64,000 bases of DNA from Eledone cirrhosa (lineage: Eukaryota): assembly GCA_964016885.1 (NCBI GenBank), contig OZ024742.1:114080001-114144000 (forward strand), given 5' to 3'. This document shows, one piece after another, positions 14,693 through 31,596 of this stretch. A program made the position numbers and the translations under genes. A model generated the notes under the pieces. That model was not told where the DNA came from and ran no database searches. It saw only the letters and a list, made by a program, of their open reading frames with translations. Position 1 is the stretch's first letter; the number at the start of each line of letters is the position of its first letter.

Positions 14693-15900
14693 GTAATAAT
14701 AATAAATTTGAAGACTAAAATTCAAAGAGGGCTCGATAAGGATAAATATATATCAAATATATAAAAACCGTAGAGCAGATATTTATTAAAATAACAGATT
14801 AAAGTTTAAGCAAAGAATTGCTGCTTCCACCCTTAACGGGATCTTCTGAAACTAACAAAATCAATCTGTAAACGCAGAAGTGGATATTTAAAAAAACGTT
14901 GCAACCGAGGAAGACAGGAAGACAATACTTTGGTTCGTGGAAACGTTCCCTGGCAAAGAACGGGAGAAAACGAATATAATACGTCATTATTTGGATTGGT
15001 GAAAAACAATTACACGCAAAGACAGAACCACGTTTGTGGTATAAAAGGGGTCGTAGACTAATGTTCTCTTAGGTGCTTCATAGAGACGTTCTCTGGCAAT
15101 GAACGAAAAAAACGAAGATAATACGTCATATGTGGAGCGTGGAGAACAATTACACTCAAAGGTATAGCGTAATGGTATAGCAGAAGTCGTAGACTAAAAT
15201 TCTAACTAGGAGCCCGAATGAATCTCCGCTTCAGAGTTAAGAACAAAGTAAATAGATACAATACAGAGGTAACAGAAATTAAATAAATACATACACGCAT
15301 ACAAATACGTACATACACAAGCATACGCGAAAACATAGGTATACAAACCCACGAACATATAAATATGTGTGTGTGTATGCGTGTATACAAATAAATAAAT
15401 AATTAAATAAACGTATATAAATAAATAAATACGTATATAACAAGCGCACACACATACCTACATGTAAATACACAAATGTTCGGAGACGTAGTTCAACCAA
15501 ATCATGAAGTACACATATACACACACCCTACACACGTATGAACCTGCATACTCACACAGACGCAAAACACCCATATACACATAACCAAACCATATGTACC
15601 AGAAAATATAAAATTATACGCCATAACATATACAATCAAATATACGTACGAGAATGTAATCGTACCTTCAAAAAACATACAGGTAATAAATAATGACGTA
15701 TTATATTCGTTTTTTCCCGTTCTCTGCCAGGGAACGTTTCCACGAACCAAAGTATCGTCTTCCTGTCTTCCTCCGGTTGCAACGTTTTATGAAATATCCA
15801 GTTCTGCGTTTACAGATTGACGTTATTAGTTTCAGAAGATCATGTTAAAGGTGAATGCAGCGATTATTTGCTTAAACTTTAATCTGTTATTTTAATAAAT
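14690..15900. mobile_element. Fold-back repeat element (arms ~14785-14990 and ~15695-15900) with internal ~140-bp subrepeats; degenerate HHR-like core CAGAAGA
   Basis: Arms are reverse complements; 14940-15062 recurs at 15083-15198; related short fold-back at 40490-40632. Confidence 0.7.
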
Positions 15901-15929
15901 ATATATATATATATACACACACATTATAC

Positions 15930-16025
15930 ATTGGATTCGCAGTTATTAGTTTTGAGTTTGACTCCCGGTCCGGGTGATGCATTGTGTCCCCGAACAAGGC
16001 ACTTTATTTCTTGTTGCTCATCCTG
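15930..16025 (+). mobile_element. Degenerate tRNA-derived SINE (second family)
   Basis: B-box-like GAGTTTGACTCC followed by CATTGTGTCC...AAGGCACTTTATTTC. Confidence 0.45.
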
Positions 16026-16127
16026 GTTGGATTTGCGACTGGAAAGACCAATAGAAACATCGTTTCCTAGGTCTGATCAGACGAGTTCTTGGATCTTGTC
16101 GATCGACTGTTTAACATATATATATAT

Positions 16128-16255
16128 ATAAACGGAAAGAAAATGAAACGAAATTTCATTTCTCACTCTTATTACGGTTGTTACTTAAATATAAGTATGT
16201 ATACGTACATACATATATGTATACAGACGTACAGTAGTATGTATATATATACGTG

Positions 16256-16354
<99 letters not shown>

Positions 16355-16848
16355 GTATGGATTTACCGAACATTTATTATAATGCTCGGTGTGTTTGTAA
16401 ACAAACATCCCGAATTAAAACCTACAGTATTTAGCAACCATCGTTACCCATTTGTTCAACACTGACAAAGGAACGATGTACTAGTTTCAAGTTTTTAGCT
16501 ATCGTCAGCAACGTATACCTTCCTGCCAGATGATTGAACATCTGAAAGTATATACTTTCCTTATGCATATTAACGGCTGAGCACCCTAATTTGCATATCG
16601 AGTGAGTTAATCGGCCGGGCGCACCGATTACGATAAAATGAAAATATGAAAAATTTAAGAATTTAGAAAATTGAAAATTAACCAGTTTAATTATAAACTG
16701 AGGCGACCGGCTAAAGTGGAAGATGCTAAATGGAAATTCGTCCTCATATCTTTGATTTTCAACTCCATGGATTTTACCTATTACATTCATGTATTTAAAT
16801 ATAAGTGTGTATACGTACATACATATATGTATACAGACGCACATTAGC

Positions 16849-16886
<38 letters not shown>

Positions 16887-17349
16887 GCACACAAATATAT
16901 ATGTACGTATGGATTCACCGAACATTTATTATAATGCTGGGTGTGTTTGTGAACAAACATCCCGAATTAAGCCGTACAGTGTCTAGCAACCATCGTTGCT
17001 CATTTGTTCAACACTGAAAAAGGAACGCTGTACTAGTTTCAAGATTATTGGCTATCGTCATTATAATAAATGTTCGGCGAATCCATACGTACATATATGT
17101 ATATATATGTATGTATACATATATGTATGTACGTATACATACTTATATTTAAGTAACAGCCGCACTAAGAGTGAGAAATGAAATTTCGTTTCATATTTTC
17201 CGTTTATTGTTTTCGGTACCCCGGTCGATTAACTCACTCGATATGCAAATTAGGCCGCTCAGCCGTTAATATGCATAAGGAAAGTATAAACTTTCAGACA
17301 TTCAACCATCTGGCAGGAAGGTATACGTTGCTGACGATAGCTAATAAGC
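16128..17349 (-). mobile_element. HHR-containing ~430-bp monomer family (retrozyme-like): tandem copies plus an inverted copy (17060-17349)
   Basis: Same unit at 43200-43875 and a fragment at 29975-30145; HHR at 16473-16514(-). Confidence 0.8.
16473..16514 (-). ncRNA. Minimal type I hammerhead ribozyme (palindromic ACTAGT stem III)
   Basis: Minus strand: ACGTTG-CTGACGA-tagctaaaaactt-GAAAC-TA-GTA-CATCGT. Other copies restore stem II AGCT-aata-AGCT. Confidence 0.75.
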
Positions 17350-17898
17350 CGTGAATATTATATATAGAGTTATAAACTCAAACAGTCTTTTACAATTAAA
17401 TAGCTCAAAGAAAGAGATATTTCTGAGCCGTGTTATACAATTTAATTGTAAAAGACTGTTTGAGTTTATAACTCTATATATAATATTCACGGCTCCATGT
17501 GTTGAGCTAAATTTTTTAGTCCGATAAAATCGGCTGTTATTTCTGGCGGCACGAGTATAGGACTGGCTAGACGCTGGGTCACATGTGCGTTCAACAACAC
17601 ATTTCTCTCAGTCTTCCTAACTATTTTGAAGTGAAACATACCAATTTCTGGATACCTGCATATGAGCACAAGAATGGGTATGTTCACATATTGTTGCGAA
17701 ACAAATTTGAGTTTTGAAACTTAGATTTTTCCGGGTATCACGGCTATTGCCACTATAGGTTTGTTTTTATTGATTTATTATTTTAAATCGAGACAGGCAA
17801 ACTGTATTAATTTAATCAGTATTTTACAATCTAGCTAACTTGGTTATTTGCAATACAAACACTTATATACTTGTATTAGTGTTTATCATATATCCATT

Positions 17899-17943
<45 letters not shown>

Positions 17944-18075
17944 TCCCGTGCGTGCGTGAGATTAGATGAGCATGTATGTGTATATATACGTGTATCGTGT
18001 GTATATATACGTGTTTATGTATGTATGTATGCGTGCATGTAATTATTTTGTGCATGTGGTTTTTTTGTCTGTACG

Positions 18076-18106
<31 letters not shown>

Positions 18107-18850
18107 GTGTGTGCGTGTGTTTATGAGCTTGTTCGCATATATGCATGTTTTCTACTTGTTATTTATTGATTTTTTTCTAGTGTTACTTTATATATTATAA
18201 CCCGTCCCACTTACTTTCTCTTTGCCTTAATGTTTTATTCTTATTTTATTATTTCATTAATTTATCATATTTTTATATTTGTATCGACCATTCAGTCTGA
18301 CACTGCGTTGACTTTATACACATCCTTCCCATGTATGTGGTTGCACGTGTGTGTATGTTTATACGCGTGCATCTTTTGATCCTTGTATGTGTATATATTT
18401 CAACCATTAGTCCCTGACTCTCTGTGTACGCTAACTCCATTATCTTACAATTCCTTTTTTAACATATATATTATATACGTATTTGTGCTCACACATACAC
18501 GAATATGTTTGCCTTCATGTATGTCCTTACGCACACATTGTTGCAGTATACACATGCATTTGTACATACACACACATGTACATTTGTAAGTGCATATACA
18601 CACATTTATACACATCCCCTTACTATATCTCTTTATTTTTCTTTTTTTATACATCTCTTGTATTATTACTTTTATTTTTTTTTTTTTGCCCGTTAAACTT
18701 TTACCCTTCTTGAGGAGATTTTTCAAATATTTCACTATGTTTTAAATTGCCTTGTCTGATGAACGAATGCGGAGTGTCTTGTATTCGTCTTATTCGGGAA
18801 ACCTCTGGCAATAAGGTAATTATACAGTATTGTTTATTATACATTAAATA
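17348..18850 (+). mobile_element. Decayed 5'-truncated PLE (GIY-YIG remnant ~17450-17760, microsatellite-like 3' UTR, terminal HHR) with a 5' inverted duplication
   Basis: Inverted repeat 17348-17400 vs 17442-17494; broken translation ..GGTSIGLARRW..IPAYEHKNG..HGYCHYR resembles the PLE EN C-terminus; HHR at 18746. Confidence 0.55.
18746..18820 (+). ncRNA. Type I hammerhead-like motif (cleavage triplet mutated to GCA)
   Basis: ATTGCCTTGT-CTGATGA-aCGAAT...ATTCGg-GAAAC-ctctg-GCA-ATAAGGTAAT. Confidence 0.6.
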
Positions 18851-18858
18851 ATTATATA

Positions 18859-18891
<33 letters not shown>

Positions 18892-20440
18892 GGAAAGTTA
18901 TATTTAAATTGTTGTGTTACAACTAGTAAATATTTATAACTGATATAAAAGCACTCGACAAATATTTGGAGTATATTTACAATATTAAATAAATGGAAAC
19001 TATATTTATAAAACCATATTTATTTCATTACATATATTTCAGGGATAACATATTAACAATATGCTATGCCGTTTCGATAAATATAGTTTCCATTTATTTA
19101 ATATTGTGTGTATGTGTGTGTGTGTGTGTGTGTGTATGTGTGTGTGTTTGCCTGCGTTTGTATGTGTGTATGTAATGTACCTGGCCAGTTCCAACAATAA
19201 GTGTTTTAAACATTTGATCAACGTTAAAAATGTCTCATGAACATATCGGACCATTCTACAAATAGGTGTACCCATATGTTGATTCTTAGAGACATTCAGT
19301 CACACACAACCTCAAATGAAACGGTTATTCATTTGCTGCTATATTTCTTATGATTTTTATCTGTCTAACCAGTTCCTTTCAACACTATATGCTCCTGCAT
19401 CTTTCGATTTTCTAGCACGTAATTGGAACGGCATATTTCTGCAGCTGCATACCGACATTTATTTTTATTCAGCTAAACCTGTCAATCCATAACAGCTTCT
19501 GCTTGGACGCCTGTATCTCTATATTTTTTTTACTTGGGTGCAACGCCTTGTGAGCAAAGAAAATGTTGAATATGCCTGCAAGCACGTACAATTTATGCAT
19601 CCATTCACAACGACATACCGTGTAATAATTTGATAGAAGCACTCGACATGTCATTTCTGCGCGGCCTATACTTTGAACTATTTATGTCAGGATCATCGTA
19701 TGTATGGGAACCTTTTTCATTATTATCTGAGTTAGCTTGGCGTTTCGGCTGAGAGCTGGGAGTGCATTCCTCTCTTTATCTTTTGATTCTTAATGTATAC
19801 TCACGTAAATAAAAACTGTTTGTATGCACGTACATGTATAGGCATGTAACACGAACTCCAGGGCATATAATTATTTATAGAAATAAGCGAATAAAAAGAT
19901 AGTTTTAGAATTATGTACTCGAGCATGAAATGGTGTAGAGGTTTGTCAGAGTAGGTGCAACAGGACGTGCGAACACTGAAATGCATTGTATGCACAGACG
20001 TAGCGAATAAATATTTCACCATCTTCTTGCATCTAACAAGATATGATTCAATCTGTCTGTGTATATCTATCTATCTATCAACATTGTAGAAATACACTGA
20101 TATTTTTATTATGGATTGCTTGTCTAAAAATATAAAAAATATTTATGCTTTGCACGTATGAATTTATAATTCTACCCTGTTTGAATGCACGATGCTTTGA
20201 ATCCTATATTATTCTTGTAACTTCACTTATGATATTAATCAATGTATTGTTATTGTTATTATATTTCCTAAAGAGATAGGATTTTGAGTTGAACACCTAT
20301 AATGGAGTAAGAATACTGAACATGTCTTTATTTTCTTCCCAAATCATGAGATACACTGGTACATTCAAACGTCCGTAGCGATCTATACACAATTAAAAAT
20401 AATAACAATATTTGGTCTTGTTGGATTTCAAACTATACAT

Positions 20441-20482
<42 letters not shown>

Positions 20483-20571
20483 TACACTCTGTCTAACCTC
20501 GACACTGACGTGAATCTATATATCGGGTGGTCACCTTTGTGAACCTAGAGTAACATGGTGCTACACACACT

Positions 20572-20625
<54 letters not shown>

Positions 20626-20629
<4 letters not shown>

Positions 20630-21532
20630 GTGGAACACTGGAAGGTAATATCCGTAGTAGTAGAGCACTCAGTCCATGGGACAAGTTAGGTAGAAGTGGT
20701 TACACAACAGTTACAGTTAGTTCACCATACCGAGGACAATTGTTTCACCTTAGCGGATCCTCAGCTCGTAATGAGCATGGTTATAGGAACAGGAAGGACA
20801 CCCGTACGAACGCGCATGCGCAGAAACCCGGTCACTTCACACAAGCAATACTAGAATGTGTGCGAGAGGTGTATGGGAGATAACTGCGAAAGTCCTAAAA
20901 GTGTTTAGTTAATAAGTAAATTACAATGATTCAATCCGGAGCTTTGTAGTTATGCAATAGTTGTTTGGAGACGTGTGGACAACGTGTGAAAAATGTATAC
21001 CTCGTGTTTAGGCAATTACTATTGCATAATCGACCTTTAGGTACGCGGACAGACGTTCATCCACGAAACTCGCGAGCCACGTATGGTTCCTCAAGGACTC
21101 AAGTATAAACTACTCCATTCAATGGAAATCCATCACTAAGTCCAAGCCATATGCAAGGGGAAATCCGACGTGTGGCTTATGTATTGACGAACGAATAACT
21201 ATTCGAAAGAGATTATGCAATAGTGATTGCCTAAACACGAGAAATTAATTGTTCACACGTCTCCAAACACATATTGCATAACTACAAACTCCGGATGTAT
21301 TCATTGTAATTTTCTTCTCAAATAAACCTTTTAGGACGTTCGCAATTATCTCCCTTACACCTCTCGCACGCATTCTAGTATTGCCTGTGTTAAGTGACCG
21401 GGTGTCTGCGCATGCGCGTTCGTACGGTTGTCCTTTCTGTTCCTATAGCCATGCCCATTACGAGCTGAGGTTCCGCTAAGGTGAAACAATTGTTCTCGGT
21501 ATGGTGAACTAACTGTTCTGTAACCACTTCTA
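20626..21532. mobile_element. Non-autonomous fold-back element with an HHR in each arm
   Basis: ~20690-21025 is the reverse complement of ~21215-21532; HHRs at 20725-20773(-) and 21455-21504(+); other copies at 41815-42393 and 39426-39558. Confidence 0.85.
20725..20773 (-). ncRNA. Minimal type I hammerhead ribozyme
   Basis: Minus strand: CATTACGAG-CTGAGGA-tCCgctaaGGt-GAAAC-AATT-GTC-CTCGGTATGG. Confidence 0.8.
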
Positions 21533-22677
21533 TATATATATATATACGGGGTAACAAATTATTGTTATAGTTATTTCACTTAAGTGTAGTCCAATTATGG
21601 TACACCGGGTAGTGGATGATATCAACGCTTGGCTAAGATTGACTCAACAAGGCGTTTCCATAGTGATGCTGCGAGTACTCTGTAATTCCTATGTTGTAAA
21701 CACTTGGAGTAATGATAAATCAGGAAAGAAGAGTGACACGGTTTGCTATACAAAAAAAGGTTTTTAATCTCATTGCTGACAATTGTTTCTCTGAACTGGT
21801 AGGTCTAGAGATAGCTACCCGCCTATTTTCACGTTATTCGATCACCAATACAAAGTTATAAGCAGTCAATTCATCGGAAATTGTGAGAATGAAAATAATG
21901 TACAGGCATGGCTTCTATATATAGTAGTAATGGCATTCAATCAGAACAATAACAACAATACTAACAATGCTAGCAATACATTATTTGAAATAATCACAAC
22001 ATCAATCTAGATGGGAAGTATAGTATATCTACGATTTTAGCGTGTAAAACTAGCTGATGTGAGGCAGATGTATAAAATTGACATGTAAAAGCTGTCATGG
22101 GGTGTATTATATCTAGTGTAAAGATAAGCCGGTATCTTTAAACAATGTAGTTATGGGGGCCGTAAGAATTGTTTATTATCTGACAGATGAGGAATTTATC
22201 ACTGTAGTGAGATTTGTGTGGTCTATATTAGATGAAAGGGTTGTCTAGCTTTCTCATCATCAATAACACATGTATAAGACAGCATTAACAGAGTAGCAAT
22301 ATAATGGGCAAGTTAATACAGAGGTTAAGGAGGCAGTATATATAAATACATACATGCACACAAACATATATATATATACATACACATATATACATACACA
22401 TATATACATACATATAAAGAGAAAACATGCTGACTATAATTATAACAGGAGGAAGATAAAGTTCTGTTGTAGTAGTATTTTGAAATGTTCTTGGATTTAG
22501 GTTCAAGTGCTGACAGCAGCTGAGAAGAGATATGCTTATGGGTTGATGAGGTACTTACAGACATTAGTGCGGTATAGAACTAAGAAGGCTAGAATTTACT
22601 TAATGATTATATTTCTGTGGTGGTTCGTGCAGTGTAGTAGGTATCCTAAGTTGAAAGCCAGGTTACGTCGGTTCGAT

Positions 22678-23520
22678 TCACGGAGGTTTAAATCTTGTGA
22701 ATTTAGTGGCGATCCTGTGTCTGCAGAAGATAGATCTTTCTACCTTGTTGTTAAGTAGCCTTTTTACATTTCTAAGGATATACAGCAATTCTAGATCACA
22801 TAGCCTACAGTGGTACATACCGGTACTGTAGGTCTTTGCGGCCGACAACCTCAACCAGTTGATATTGTAGTTGGTGTTGTTGTCCTTAAGTTCCCAGATG
22901 TTTTTGGCGAGGGTTGTAGAACCCATAAGTGCACGATTTTTCATCGACTGTCTGTGCACATACCATCTTTTTTAAAAGTACCCGCGGTGGATCCAATGTA
23001 ATGCGAAGTGGAGTTGTCTGAGTTGACCGTACACATGTACACTAGGCTCGAATCGAGGCATCTATTCGCCAATCGGCACCTATCCGGTAGGTGACAGTTA
23101 CAGTTTGAGGTGTTATTTCGTGCAGTTTCTACACTGCTGTTTTGTTCACTGCTATAAGTGGGTTGTGATTCATGTCCGTTGGGGTTTTGCTGCTCGTGCT
23201 GGTATGCCCTTGCGGTTGTGATACTGTGATGTGTTTATGCTTATAATTTGGTGCTATGTTGCGCATAGGTGGAGCGGATTCTCTACATATATTTCTGTGG
23301 TTGATCTTGCGTTTGTGCGATTCTATATTAGCTGCCGTAGAGTATGAACGTTTTATAGTGTTTCTAGTGAGTATTTTATGATATCTGTGTTAAATATGGA
23401 AGTGTTTATCTATTAGTTTAAAGAATGTAGAAGGCAGTCTGGTTTTACAGAGGAGTTGAAGATTGGGTTGAACCATAGGTATTTTCTTTCTCTGATTCTT
23501 CTATTGTTTCTAGGTTTTAC
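22678..23520 (-). pseudogene. PLE family 3 GIY-YIG endonuclease region, frameshifted
   Basis: KYLWFNPIF, TRNTIKRSYST, CNCHLPDRCRLANRCLDSSLVYMC...HYIGSTAGTFK, then a frameshift at ~22970, CRLCDLE, LLNNK..FCRHR. Confidence 0.85.
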
Positions 23521-23548
23521 ACATTCTTTTCATGTATATTCTTTTCAT

Positions 23549-23669
23549 TCTCACAAGCTCCGACGAATTGACTGGTTATAACTTTCTATTGGTGATGGAA
23601 TAACGTGAAAATAAGCGGGTAACGATCTCTAGACCTACCAGTTCAGAGAAACATTTGTCAGCAATGAGA
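23549..23669 (+). ncRNA. Hammerhead-like motif with CCGACGA core and extended stem II
   Basis: TCTCAcaaGCT-CCGACGA-atTGACTGGT...ACCAGtTCAga-GAAAC-attt-GTC-AGCaaTGAGA. The mirror copy at 21768-21888(-) has CCGATGA. Confidence 0.6.
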
Positions 23670-23719
23670 TTAAAAACTTCTTTTGTATAGCAAACCGTGT
23701 CACTCTTCCTTCATGATTT

Positions 23720-26239
<2,520 letters not shown>

Positions 26240-26970
26240 GCAGTCTTAAAAAAATTATCTAATAGAGGACTAGCCAACGAACGGAAACAAAACAAAGGAA
26301 ACACATTATTTTACAGGGATACCTTAATTTTTATATTTTTTTAATAGAATACAAACGAAGGACACTGAACTCCATGTTCATCGGCTGCAGAGATAGAATT
26401 GGACAATTTCGAACCCTACCTGTCATACTGCTGATCCTCCTTGGGACATAGCCTCTGACATAAGCAACCCCTGTCTAGAGGTGTAAGAGAAGAGAGAGAA
26501 CACATTAATTAAGCTAATAACACAGATATTTTTGTGACGTTTGCGTAAGTATCTGGTACCCCTTATAGCTCGAGAGACATTGATTAAACAAAGACAAACA
26601 CTAAGAAACATAGCAAGAAAAACGTGCGATATCATGTTAAAAAGTAAGCCTGGGCAATAAATAGAGGGAGATTAGATAAACATATCCGTCAGTATTTATT
26701 CATAGAATTAGCAAATAGAGGACCAAACAATGAACAGAAAAAAAAACCAGAAAATATTGTTTGAAGGTTTCCCCTTAAAAAATAGTTTTTTTCTCTAAAT
26801 AAAGATCCAAGCGAAGGACAAAGATGCACTAATCATCAGCCGTTTAGATGGACTATGGCAGTTTCAACCCTACCAAAGTTACTGCAGGTTCATCCTGGGT
26901 CACAGCATATGACAAAAACAAAATGCTGTCCACTGGAGTAAGGTACCAGAAACAAAACCTTAATATATAC
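26240..26970 (-). repeat. Two diverged tandem copies (~455-bp period) of a pLTR-like unit with HHR-like boxes
   Basis: AATAGAGGAC...CGAAGGACA...TCATCRGC...TTTC.AACCCTACC...TACTGC...TCC.TGGG occurs at both 26260-26450 and 26714-26905. Confidence 0.6.
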
Positions 26971-27054
26971 CAAATAAGCTAGACATCTTTACACCTCCAT
27001 GTATTTTTAAAATAAATTGTTGGGTATATGTTTCCATAATTCAATATACATGTA

Positions 27055-27345
27055 TATATATAACCGAGGATGCCTGTATGTGTGTGCGTTTGAATTCCTA
27101 AACCTTGAGAAGCACCCAACCGCTGTTTTCAAACTTTACACATGTAATACTTGTGTTAGGGAGAGTTCTAAACAAAAGCAATTTCAAATTTTCAGTGCCC
27201 TAGGGACAGCATTAGGTGATTTAGCGATCTCTCTTGAAATAATGATTAGTCTTTCTCTTTTTAGATAGATACATGCATATAACGTGGCGCCGTTATAATA
27301 TCTGGCTGTATGTCTGACTGCCTGCATTTTGTCATTTCCTTGAGG

Positions 27346-27418
<73 letters not shown>

Positions 27419-27983
27419 TGTGTTTGTGTGTCTGTGAGTTTGAATCCCTAAAACTCGAGAAGTACCCAAACGTTACATGTGTATTACTTATGCACATTAA
27501 AAAATTCAACTGCATTAGGTGAAAAACTGCGTTTTTTCAGGGTTTTAGGTTTTTTTTTAGGCGTTACGTCAGACCGATTTCCTTGAAATTGTAACTATGT
27601 ATTAGTCAGTCTCTTCTTCATACCGTGAGAAAAGAAAGTCCAACTTTTTTTATGGCCGGGGTCCGCATTAGGTGAACAACTTCATTTTTTCAGATTTTTA
27701 GGGCTTTTTGAGGCGTTACGTCTAGCCGATTTTCCCTAAATTTCAAGGCATATTATGCACATAAAAAAGCTTCATTTTCTTGATCCCCTAGGGCCCGCAT
27801 TAGGTGAAAACCTGCATTTGTCCTTCTTCATAGAGGAACATCTTAAATATTATCTAGCCATCAGATTATTCGGTTTATTTTCTTTACGTATTGTCCAGGC
27901 TTGCAGATTTTCCACGATTAGGTCCGTTGGCGAGCCGCGTTCCAAAATACCTTTTCCTGTGCACCGCCGGGTACCACTGCTAG
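27055..27983 (+). mobile_element. Non-autonomous Helitron-like element(s) with internal subrepeats
   Basis: 3' end CGCCGGGTACCACTGCTAG|T; repeated blocks GCATTAGGTGAA and GGCGTTACGTC.G.CCGATTT; two starts of type TGTGTG.GTTTGAAT.CCTAAA. Confidence 0.55.
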
Positions 27984-28399
27984 TATATTATATAAATCTA
28001 CAATGTAATTTTCAGATGTATTATTCCATTTTTACGAAATAATATCGTAGGTGTGATAGGTTTAATATGTCATTTTCAGATAGGTGTACACAATATTTAG
28101 GATATGTGAGAATCTGGATACAAATTCTTTCTTTAACGTCATGTAGCCTGCCTTACGAGCCATACAGTATTTGATAACTACGATGATTACTATAATATCT
28201 CTGAAACTATGGTAGGTTATAGGGAGAAAATAACGTACAAAACAAACTAAATCCCGGACATACCAACTGATCACTAAGATTCAAAATATAAATATGTCTA
28301 ACAAAGACAAAACAATCGATGATAGAAAACCAGCTGATAACCATTCAGTAACAATCCGTCAGCACAAATATTAGTTGGCACACTAACAGTGGGATAAAT

Positions 28400-28726
28400 A
28401 ATAGTGGTAATATAGCATCCCCGTAGGGCAAACTAAGTAGAGAAATCAGCTGTAGCTACTCAACAGTAGACATTGTATTTCCCCTAAGGCTCCGGTTAAT
28501 AACTCTGGACACTTTTGGAAGGACATAATGCTAATAAATAAGTGCATAATTTATCAACCTTAATAACACAACTCCCAAATGTTGATGACCGGAGGAATAA
28601 TTCAGCGGTTAATTACAATGCAGATTAGCGCGAAAGGATAATCCACTCCCTAAGATAATGATGCCCAATGAAGGTATCATAACGATAACAATATATACAG
28701 AATACGAAATAACGTCTGGTATAACG

Positions 28727-28767
<41 letters not shown>

Positions 28768-28930
28768 AAGGAAAAATATCACTATTTATATTTCCTCAAC
28801 TTTCATAATTACAATAGATCATTTAAAAGACAAACTATAATGCTGTCCTCCTCAATAACTCAACGTTTTACCAAGAATATGAATGATATACTAGTTTGGA
28901 AGTAGTTTTAGATTGATGTGTGATATTGGG
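28400..28930 (+). pseudogene. Heavily decayed PLE EN-like remnant
   Basis: Fragments resembling KLSR..SYST, CPMKG and FHNYNRSFKR; followed by a purine-rich tract 28940-29635. Confidence 0.35.
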
Positions 28931-29843
28931 AAAAATATTATATTTAGAGGGGGAGGGGTGGAAAGGATGAAAAAAGAGGAGGAGATGAGAGTGAAGGTGG
29001 AGAGGGAGGAGTATAATGAGGAAGGATGAGATGGGAGGAGAGATGGGTGATAGAGAGAGAGAGATAGTTTTTATAACTGAGAAAGATATATTGTTTTACA
29101 TAGAGAGGTTGAAAACCGTTGGAAGATAATGTATAAATTAAAAGAATTTGAAAATTAACGAAGGGAAAAATATGTGCGAAGAAGGAGAGGGAGTTAATAT
29201 GTATTGAGAATAATGAGTTTGATGATAGAGAGAATAGAATAATAAATTGCGGATGAATATTCTAACGTAAAAAAAAATGTATATGTTTACGAAGGATTTT
29301 TATAAGGTAATATAGAGTAAGAATGTGTTGTATTATGTAATAATTGATTCTATGTTAGGCAAGTGTGAGAAAAGGTACAGATTAGGGGTTAGATATTAGA
29401 AGAGAGGAAAAGGAAGTGATACATATGGGTGGTGTAGAAAGAGTCAACAAGTATTATGGAAATTTGAAAATTAACGAAGAGAAAAAAAAAATGTAAAGTT
29501 AAGGTTTGTATATTGAAGGATTTGAGGAAAATAATGTGAAGTTAACGTTTGTATATTGAAGGAATTGATAATATGTGCGAAGAAAAAGAAAATGTTAATA
29601 TGTATTGAGAATGAGTTAGATGATAGGGAGAAAAAAATATATATATATATATATTATTGCATCACAAATGATGAAAACACAAATATTATTGCATGATGAT
29701 ATTTGTTTTTGAAATGCGCATAATAAAATACATGGAACTCCTTTAACCATCTTTTGTTCTTATATATCATGTATACTCCAGTCCTACAAACTGCTTCTTA
29801 TCCGATATCTGCATTGCTTTATTGTACTACAATAAAACTCACC

Positions 29844-29974
<131 letters not shown>

Positions 29975-30145
29975 TATTTATACGGGCATACATATGTGTA
30001 TACAGACGTACAGTAATATGTATATATACATATATACATACAACTGTACGTCTGTATACATATACGTATGTACGTATACATACTTATATTTAAGTAACAG
30101 CCGTACTAAGAGTGAGAAACGAAATTTCGTTTCATTCTTTCCGTT
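29975..30145 (+). mobile_element. Fragment of the 430-bp HHR monomer family
   Basis: GTACGTATACATACTTATATTTAAGTAACAGCCGTACTAAGAGTGAGAAACGAAATTTCGTTTC matches 17130-17195. Confidence 0.8.
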
Positions 30146-30177
<32 letters not shown>

Positions 30178-30231
30178 TAAAAAAATAATGAATAAAACAA
30201 TGAAACAGTTCCTTATATTAAACAAAAAAAG

Positions 30232-30385
30232 TTCATTATTTAACGATCGTTTCTAGGATATATATGTGTTAGAATTGGCATGCATATTCAACAGATCTAT
30301 GTACAAATTTATACAAAAATATACAAACTATCAAAATTAAATATACATACCAACACATATATATGCCGTCTTCAGAAATAATGAA
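30232..30385 (-). ncRNA. Type I HHR with long stem II (family 1, sense to the ORF)
   Basis: Reverse complement of the motif at 35837-35990. Confidence 0.75.
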
Positions 30386-30989
30386 ATATATTTATTGATA
30401 ATAACAACAATTCAAAATTACAGGTCTGTTTGGGAACAGAGTTCAAATTGACCAATGAAAACACAAAAAGTTTATACAGTTAGGTGTGTGTATATATGTA
30501 AGTAACTTCGTTCACAGATATGCATAAAAATATATGTTCACATGCATACGCATGCCGAAAAGATGTATGTAAATACAAAAACTCAAGGCTAATGTCTCTG
30601 TGTGTTTATAATCTACAGATAAAATACGTATACTCATATAAACATATAAATATAAAAATAAAAAAATAAATATATACACACATTCATGTACTCACACATA
30701 TACGTACATTCACACACACACGCGCGTATACGCATAAACATACACACAACCACGAACATACATACACACACACACCCCACACACATATATGTGTATATAC
30801 TATCTTCATAAGCATATGGACATTAATGCGCGCACATAAACACTGCCACACATATTTAGATCCAGATACAGAAAGTAGGTGGGGGGGGGGAGAAGGGGTC
30901 AGTATTTAACGGTGTCAGCAAACTGCCTATTTATAAATGTATCTATAAATTTAGAAATAAAAAGAAAAAGAAAAAAGAAATATATTAAG

Positions 30990-31067
<78 letters not shown>

Positions 31068-31106
31068 CATAAACAAGTAAAATATAAAATATACATCGAT
31101 ATACAT

Positions 31107-31155
<49 letters not shown>

Positions 31156-31360
31156 TACATACATATACATACACATATACATAAACACATACATACACAT
31201 ACATATACATACACACACCATATAAATACACATACACGTACACACACGCATACATATAGAGACACATACATATACACATATAAATACATAGACATATACA
31301 CATATACACACATATATATATAAACATACACACATACACATATATATATATACATTCACA

Positions 31361-31448
<88 letters not shown>

Positions 31449-31501
31449 CTACACATATATATAAACACACTCATGTATATACACACATACACATACATAC
31501 C

Positions 31502-31596
<95 letters not shown>

